Assembly: GCA_021821045.1 (NCBI GenBank)
Contig: JAKACW010000015.1
Span: 4,713-68,712, forward strand
Direction: 5' to 3'
DNA length: 64,000 bases
From: Pseudomonadota bacterium
GTDB lineage: Bacteria > Pseudomonadota > Gammaproteobacteria > JAADHS01
Numbering within the stretch: position 1 is the first letter of the stretch; every line of letters starts with the position of its first letter. Position numbers and translations under genes: made by a program. The notes beneath the pieces are model-generated. The model was given only the letters and a program-made list of their open reading frames with translations, did not search any database and was not told the DNA's origin. Positions 58,033 through 64,000 of this stretch are shown in pieces.

Positions 58033-59928
58033 TTAGCGATCTTCCAGGTAGGTATAGCCCTGCAGGCCCGCTAGGAGTTCCTGCAAGTGTTGGCGACGCT
58101 CCTCAGCGCTCAGAGACGCCCGGGCGACCTTCTCTTCGTAGGCCGCGCGCAAATCGCCGGTTTCAAACTGGACGTATTTCAAGACGTGGTCCACCACGTC
58201 ACCGTGGCGTTTCTCGGCCAGGCGATAGCCATCCTGGGTGAGTTCGACATTCACTGAGTTGGTATCGCCAAATAAATTATGCATATCGCCAAGGATCTCT
58301 TGATAGGCGCCGATCAAAAAGATCCCCAACAAATACGGCTCGCCATCGCGCAGGGCGTGGAGCGGCAAATTGGCCTCGACGCCCTCGCCATCGACGTAGC
58401 TGTCGATTCGCCCGTCCGAATCACAGGTAATATCCTCCAACACGCCGCGACGCGTCGGACGTTCGTTAAGGCGCCCGAGGGGCATTACGGGAAAGACTTG
58501 ATCGAGCGCCCACACGTCGGGCAGCGACTGGAACAGCGAAAAATTGCAGAAATATTTATCCGCCATCTTTTCGTTGAGCTCATCGAGCACTTGGCGGTGC
58601 GTTCGCACCGTCGGCTGCAACGTCGACTGCGTCTTGTGGCAAACAGCGTAATACAATTTTTCCGCCTGAGCGCGCTGCTCCATGGTCAGCACGCCATGCA
58701 CATACATTGCTTGCGCTTCCGATAGACGATGGGATGCGTCGTGATAAGCCTCGAGCGGCGTCGACTGACCGCTGCCCAATTCCGTATAGTCGCGCCACAT
58801 ATCGTGCAGAATCTGGGGGGCGTCGTCGGCAGGGGCTTCGGGTGCGCGCTCATCGCTGATGCTTTCGTAGTCGATCACGTTGGTAATCAGCACCGCATGG
58901 TGGGCCGTCATCGCGCGACCGGACTCAGTGATAATGTTTGGATGGGGAAGATCCGCCGCCTCGCACACTTCCCACAGGGTATGAACCACGTTGCGCGCAT
59001 ACTCCTGAACGGTGTAGTTCATGGAACAAAAACTGCGCGACCGCGTTCCTTCGTAGTCGATGCCTAAACCGCCGCCCACGTCGACGGTTTCGATTTTGGC
59101 CCCGTGGCGCAGGAACTCCGCGTAGTAGCGGGCGCACTCGCGCAATCCACGCTGAATGTCCTGAATGTTGGCGATTTGCGAGCCCAGATGGCAGTGCAAC
59201 AGTCGCAAGCACTCGAGCTTGCCGGCCGCCTTGAGGGTCTCGATCGCGTCCATGGCTTGGGCCGCGGACAAGCCGAATTTGGACTTTTCACCACCGGTGT
59301 TTTGCCATTTGCCGGCGCCGATGGAGGCCAGCCGTACACGCAGCCCGATCAGCGGCTCAACCTTTAGCTGCGCCGCTTCGGAAAGCACGATATCCAGTTC
59401 GGTGCGTTTTTCCACCACGATGTGAACGCGATGACCCAGCTTCTGCCCGATCAGCGCCAACCGGACGTACTCCCGATCCTTATAGCCATTGCATATAATG
59501 ACCCCGCCGTCGGCTCTCGACAGCGCCAACACCGCCATGAGCTCGGGTTTGCTGCCCGCTTCCAGTCCCACCCGCGGCCCGCCATGGCCGACGATCTCGC
59601 GCAGCAGCCGCTGATTTTGATTCACCTTAATCGGATAGACGGCGGTGTAGCGACCCTTATAGCCGTCGGCCTCCATGGCGCTGGCGAAGGCATCCGTTAA
59701 CGTATCCACGCGATCTTTCAGCACGTCCATGAAGCGCACCAGAATTGGCAGTGCCAGTCCGCTTTCGCGAATATCCAAAGCCAGTTGATTCAAATCGACG
59801 GTTGGACTGCCCGGAGTGCGCCGCGGTCTGGCGATGACGTGTCCGGCGTCGTTGACATCGAAATAGCCGCCGCTCCAAACAGCGATGTTGTAGAGGTCGC
59901 GGCTTTGCTGAACCGTCCAATCCGTCAT
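58033..59928 (-). CDS. speA: Biosynthetic arginine decarboxylase
   Basis: There is full-length SpeA similarity (631 aa), with PLP-binding and C-terminal domains. Confidence 0.95.
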   Translation of the reverse strand: MTDWTVQQSRDLYNIAVWSGGYFDVNDAGHVIARPRRTPGSPTVDLNQLALDIRESGLALPILVRFMDVLKDRVDTLTDAFASAMEADGYKGRYTAVYPIKVNQNQRLLREIVGHGGPRVGLEAGSKPELMAVLALSRADGGVIICNGYKDREYVRLALIGQKLGHRVHIVVEKRTELDIVLSEAAQLKVEPLIGLRVRLASIGAGKWQNTGGEKSKFGLSAAQAMDAIETLKAAGKLECLRLLHCHLGSQIANIQDIQRGLRECARYYAEFLRHGAKIETVDVGGGLGIDYEGTRSRSFCSMNYTVQEYARNVVHTLWEVCEAADLPHPNIITESGRAMTAHHAVLITNVIDYESISDERAPEAPADDAPQILHDMWRDYTELGSGQSTPLEAYHDASHRLSEAQAMYVHGVLTMEQRAQAEKLYYAVCHKTQSTLQPTVRTHRQVLDELNEKMADKYFCNFSLFQSLPDVWALDQVFPVMPLGRLNERPTRRGVLEDITCDSDGRIDSYVDGEGVEANLPLHALRDGEPYLLGIFLIGAYQEILGDMHNLFGDTNSVNVELTQDGYRLAEKRHGDVVDHVLKYVQFETGDLRAAYEEKVARASLSAEERRQHLQELLAGLQGYTYLEDR

Positions 59929-60067
59929 GATGTCCCTTCCCGGCTGCTATGTTTTCGTGGACGCTATTATAAGTTAATGCGTGGGCGGTGGCAGAACGAG
60001 TTCGATTGCGGTATCTTTGTCACCCTTTTGAGTCGCTTCCGATTTCCGCGCGCCGAGGAGTACGAGC

Positions 60068-60922
60068 ATGACGCTGGACAACACCTGGTTTACCGAAGCA
60101 CAAGTCGCCAGCGGCGCCGCATTTTCCATGAAAATCAAGGGAAAGCTCCACGACGAGCAGACCCCGTACCAGCACATTCAGATTTATGACACCGAAACGT
60201 TCGGCAAGCTCATGGTCATCGACGGCTGCATCATGCTCACCGATCGCGACAACTTCATCTACCACGAGATGATGAGCCACCCCGCGCTGTTCACCCATCC
60301 TGGGCCGCGCAGCGTGGTAATCATCGGCGGCGGCGACTGCGGCACGATGCGCGAAGTGCTCAAGCACCCAGGCGTCGAGCAAGCCTGGCAGATCGAAATC
60401 GACGAGCGGGTGACGCGGTTGGCCGAGAAATACTTTCCCCAGTTGTGCGACGCCAACAACGATCCTCGCGCCCACTTCTATTTCGGCGACGGCGTGAAGT
60501 GGATGGATGAGGCGGAAGCCGAAAGCGTCGACATTATCATCGTCGACAGCACCGACCCCATCGGCCCGGCGGAAGGTCTGTTCGCCGAACCGTTCTATCG
60601 GTGCTGTCATCGCGCGCTGGCGAAAGGCGGCATTCTCGTTCAGCAAAGCGAATCGCCTCTGTACCATCTGGATCTGCTGCAGCGGATGCGCGCAAGCATG
60701 CGCGCCGCCGGCTTCACCAGCCTGCAAACACTGCATTATCCACAGTGCGTCTATCCGTCAGGATGGTGGAGTGCGACATTGGCCGGCAAGAATTGCGCGG
60801 TCAATAAGTTTCGGGAAAAGGAGGCGGGCAGTCCCGGTTTCGACACACTGTTCTACACAGCCGATGTGCACAAGGGCGCCATGGCACTGCCGGCGTTCGC
60901 CAAGCGTGTGCTGGAAAAATAG
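60068..60922 (+). CDS. speE: Polyamine aminopropyltransferase (spermidine synthase)
   Basis: It has the GGGDGG-type motif (IIGGGDCGTMREV) and the D(S)TDP motif. Confidence 0.9.
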   Translation: MTLDNTWFTEAQVASGAAFSMKIKGKLHDEQTPYQHIQIYDTETFGKLMVIDGCIMLTDRDNFIYHEMMSHPALFTHPGPRSVVIIGGGDCGTMREVLKHPGVEQAWQIEIDERVTRLAEKYFPQLCDANNDPRAHFYFGDGVKWMDEAEAESVDIIIVDSTDPIGPAEGLFAEPFYRCCHRALAKGGILVQQSESPLYHLDLLQRMRASMRAAGFTSLQTLHYPQCVYPSGWWSATLAGKNCAVNKFREKEAGSPGFDTLFYTADVHKGAMALPAFAKRVLEK

Positions 60923-60927
60923 GGACG

Positions 60928-61392
60928 CTACTTTTTCGGCGGTCCGCTGCAGTACTCTTTGATTTTCTCGTTGGTCGACGCGACTTCTTGGGCGCGCTCT
61001 TCGTCGCTAATATAGTGACGTTCGCCGCCCTCGCCGGTCTCGGTGTAGAGACGGGTGCCCCCTTCGAGCAGCGCCAGCCGCTTCTTTGACTCCTCGCAGG
61101 CTTTGGCATATTCCTTGGCACGCTCGTCGTCCTTTTTATTGCGCTCGGCGTCTTTTTTACGGTCGGTCTGGCGCGCATCGAGATAGCGCTTTTGATTGTC
61201 GAGTCGTTCCAAGGTGTTCGGGTCAGGCGTGAAAGTCGGCACCTTGACCTGTTCTGGGTTGTCCTTTTGCGTTGGTTGGTCGCCGAACTGGACGTTGCCT
61301 TGCTCGTCCACCCACCGGTACACCTCAGCGTGCACCGAACCGCTCGCCACAGTCACAGCCAGCGCCACAAATAGTCTTGCAAAGGTGTTCAT
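60928..61392 (-). CDS. DUF4124-domain periplasmic protein
   Basis: It has a signal peptide followed by EVYRWVDEQGNVQFGDQP and a charged repetitive tail. Confidence 0.7.
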   Translation of the reverse strand: MNTFARLFVALAVTVASGSVHAEVYRWVDEQGNVQFGDQPTQKDNPEQVKVPTFTPDPNTLERLDNQKRYLDARQTDRKKDAERNKKDDERAKEYAKACEESKKRLALLEGGTRLYTETGEGGERHYISDEERAQEVASTNEKIKEYCSGPPKK

Positions 61393-61672
61393 ATAAACCT
61401 CGTCTGATCCGTCACCAACACTCGCCAATGCGCGGCTGGTCGTCTGTGAAACTCGTATATTTATCGGAGATCGGCGTGGAAATTAGAGTCTTGCTCGAAT
61501 CGACCGGCGGGCACCGCCAGTACACCTCGTTTCCAGTGTCCGACCAATGAATATCCGGGGCCGACATCTCGTTTATGTGGGCGTCTTCTCCATGCATGCG
61601 TCCTGGCGTTTGTCTGGGCGACGCGCGCTTCTCCACGTTATACTTTCTCCCGGATTCGCAAAGGATTGAACG

Positions 61673-61909
61673 ATGGAAGAACCAAAAATCGCACAGAAAG
61701 GCCCCTTTGTAGTGCCCCTCAAACCAGGCAAGTATTGGTGGTGCGCCTGCGGTCGAAGCAAGAAACAGCCGTTTTGTGACGGCTCGCACAAAGGCACACC
61801 GTTTTCGCCGGTGGAGTTTACCGTTGAAGAGGCCGACGTGTTCGCGCTCTGCGGCTGCAAGCACACCAAGTCGCCGCCGTTTTGCGACGGCACCCATGAA
61901 GAGCTCTGA
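61673..61909 (+). CDS. CDGSH-type iron-sulfur domain protein
   Basis: It has two CDGSH-type motifs (C-x-C-x2-(S/T)-x3-P-x-CDG(S/T)H): CACGRSKKQPFCDGSH and CGCKHTKSPPFCDGTH. Confidence 0.8.
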   Translation: MEEPKIAQKGPFVVPLKPGKYWWCACGRSKKQPFCDGSHKGTPFSPVEFTVEEADVFALCGCKHTKSPPFCDGTHEEL

Positions 61910-61914
61910 GCGTC

Positions 61915-61946
61915 TTATGAAAAAAATGCGGGGCCCGAAGGCCCCG
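61915..61946. terminator. Hairpin terminator (mainly for amtB on the minus strand)
   Basis: The hairpin gcggggcc-cgaa-ggccccgc is preceded on the plus strand by AAAAAAA, which is a T-tract on the minus strand. Confidence 0.7.
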
Positions 61947-61986
61947 CGCAGTGTGTCAGTTGGATTGTTGTTGTTCTGACGAGCGG

Positions 61987-63234
61987 TTACTTGCGGATGA
62001 CAAACTCGGGATAGGCTTCCATTCCGCAATCCACCAAGTCCATGCCTTCGTGCTCTTCCTCGGCGGTAACCCGCAACCCCATCACCGCTTTAATGATCAA
62101 CCAAACCAGGAAGCTGGTTGCGAAGACCCATGCAAAGATGGTGACCAAGCCGATCAGCTGGTTGCCGATGGTTGCATCGGCATTGGAGAGAACCACCGCA
62201 AGCAGACCCCACATACCGGACACCCCGTGAACCGAGATCGCACCGACCGGGTCATCGATTTTCAGCTTGTCCAAGGTCACGATGGAGAAAACCACCAACA
62301 CGCCACCGACGGCGCCGACAATGGCCGCGAGGCCCGGGCTGGGCGCCAAGGGTTCAGCCGTGATCGAAACCAAGCCCGCCAACGCGCCGTTGAGCACCAT
62401 TGTTAAGTCAGACTTACCGAACAACAGGCGGCCGGTGATCAACGCGGCAATGACGCCGGCCGCGGCCGCCACGTTGGTGTTCACGAACACCATCGCAACC
62501 GCGTTGGCCTCGCCGACGTTGGAGATCTTCAACTCCGATCCGCCATTGAACCCAAACCACCCCAGCCACAGAATGAACATGCCGAGGGTCGCCAAGGGTA
62601 GATTCGCGCCGGGAATGGGATGAATCTCGCCATTCGGGCCATACTTGCCTTTGCGAGGCCCGAGCAGGAGGACGCCAGCGAAGGCCGCCGCCGCACCGGT
62701 GAGATGCACGACCCCCGACCCTGCGAAGTCAACGAAACCCAACTCGTTCAAGAACCCGCCGCCCCACTTCCAGAAACCTTGCACGGGGTAGATGAACGCG
62801 GTCATCACCACCGCGAAGGCAAGAAACGCCCACAGTTTCATCCGCTCGGCGACGGCGCCGGATACGATTGACATTGCGGTAGCAACGAACACGACCTGAA
62901 AGAAAAAGTCGGCCAGGTTGGAGTAGTACGGCGCGTCATCGCCCTCGGCCACAACCGCTTCGACAGTGTTGTCCTCATAGCCCATGAAGCTAATGCTTGG
63001 GATATAGGGATTTACACCATCGCCGTACATGATGTTGTAACCCACCAGCAGATACATGATGGATGCCACGGCGTACAACGCGACATTTTTGGTTAGAATC
63101 TCAGTGGTGTTCTTAGCCCGCACCAGCCCCGCTTCGAGCATGGCAAACCCGGCGGCCATGAACATCACGAGCGCCCCCATGATCAAAAAGTAAAACGTAT
63201 CGATCGCGTAACTTAACTCTTTAACGGTTTCCAC
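61987..63234 (-). CDS. amtB: Ammonium transporter
   Basis: It has Amt/Rh signatures (FGFNGGS, multiple TM helices). The GTG start at 63234 is behind AGGAGG. Confidence 0.9.
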   Translation of the reverse strand: METVKELSYAIDTFYFLIMGALVMFMAAGFAMLEAGLVRAKNTTEILTKNVALYAVASIMYLLVGYNIMYGDGVNPYIPSISFMGYEDNTVEAVVAEGDDAPYYSNLADFFFQVVFVATAMSIVSGAVAERMKLWAFLAFAVVMTAFIYPVQGFWKWGGGFLNELGFVDFAGSGVVHLTGAAAAFAGVLLLGPRKGKYGPNGEIHPIPGANLPLATLGMFILWLGWFGFNGGSELKISNVGEANAVAMVFVNTNVAAAAGVIAALITGRLLFGKSDLTMVLNGALAGLVSITAEPLAPSPGLAAIVGAVGGVLVVFSIVTLDKLKIDDPVGAISVHGVSGMWGLLAVVLSNADATIGNQLIGLVTIFAWVFATSFLVWLIIKAVMGLRVTAEEEHEGMDLVDCGMEAYPEFVIRK

Positions 63235-63259
63235 GGTAAGCCTCCTACCTCGGTTCTTA

Positions 63260-63616
<357 letters not shown>

Positions 63617-63865
63617 TTACATAACGCTTTGGTGCAGCGTCACCGCACCCTTGCGATCCAATAGCCTCAGCGTGGCTGGAGCATTTACTGTGCCAATGTA
63701 CTTTCTTTAGCAAAAACATTGTCTTACTCTATCGACGCAGATGCGGCGGCGAAGCGCACGCACCAAAATATTCAAACCGCCCAGATTTGGTGCACCCAAG
63801 TTGTGCACGATTGGCAGCGACAGCGTGCTACGATTGGCCAGCGAAAAAACAAACGGTCGCACCAA

Positions 63866-64000
63866 TGATTAATCCAAAAATTCTCGACGATTTGGCGCGA
63901 AAGGTCGCCGAAGCCATGCCCGGCCCGATCAGCGACTTTCGCGATGACATGGAAAAAAACGTGCGGGCTGCACTGCAGGGTACGTTCAGCCGCCTCAATT
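63866..64000 (+). CDS. ubiK: Ubiquinone biosynthesis accessory factor UbiK (YqiC), 5' partial
   Basis: MINPKILDDLARKVAEAMPGPISDFRDDMEKNVRAALQ matches the UbiK N-terminus. Confidence 0.6.

Overview
This 64-kb window looks like a high-GC (about 60-65%) gammaproteobacterial chromosome segment, densely coding on both strands. Most of it is recognisable core metabolism and housekeeping (purT, gluQ, tdh-kbl, pepN, speA/speE, sat, mnmC, zapE, bcp, amtB-glnK, yjgA, bolA, yheU, ubiK). I found no rRNA, tRNA, CRISPR array, transposase or integrase. The less ordinary content is as follows. (1) An approximately 13-kb block (3247-16328) codes almost only for exported, periplasmic or outer-membrane proteins: a Tat-signal protein, three c-type-heme (CxxCH) proteins (one with a LamG-like domain, one with a TolB-like beta-propeller), two outer-membrane beta-barrels, a TlpA-like thioredoxin, a DUF4266-like lipoprotein, a DUF3570-like outer-membrane protein and a signal-peptide-bearing SAM-methyltransferase-fold protein. 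I propose this as a candidate envelope redox system of unknown function. (2) A co-directional trio (35430-40693) of a TraB/GumN protein, a signal-less YVTN beta-propeller and an 857-aa protein with at least two (possibly three) PilZ domains. These sit among other c-di-GMP genes: a small PilZ protein, a degenerate-GGDEF/EAL protein and a globin-coupled GGDEF next to a REC-GHKL regulator. (3) Two adjacent nucleotidyltransferase/HEPN toxin-antitoxin modules at the 5' end, one with an apparently decayed HepT gene. (4) A family of palindromic REP-like repeats (core ATCGCGG-N5-(A/T)CCGCTCCCAC) at seven intergenic loci. One copy supplies the stop codon of kbl and others sit across the DUF4266/DUF3570 gene junction. 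All calls come from reading translations and motifs by eye. No database search was possible.
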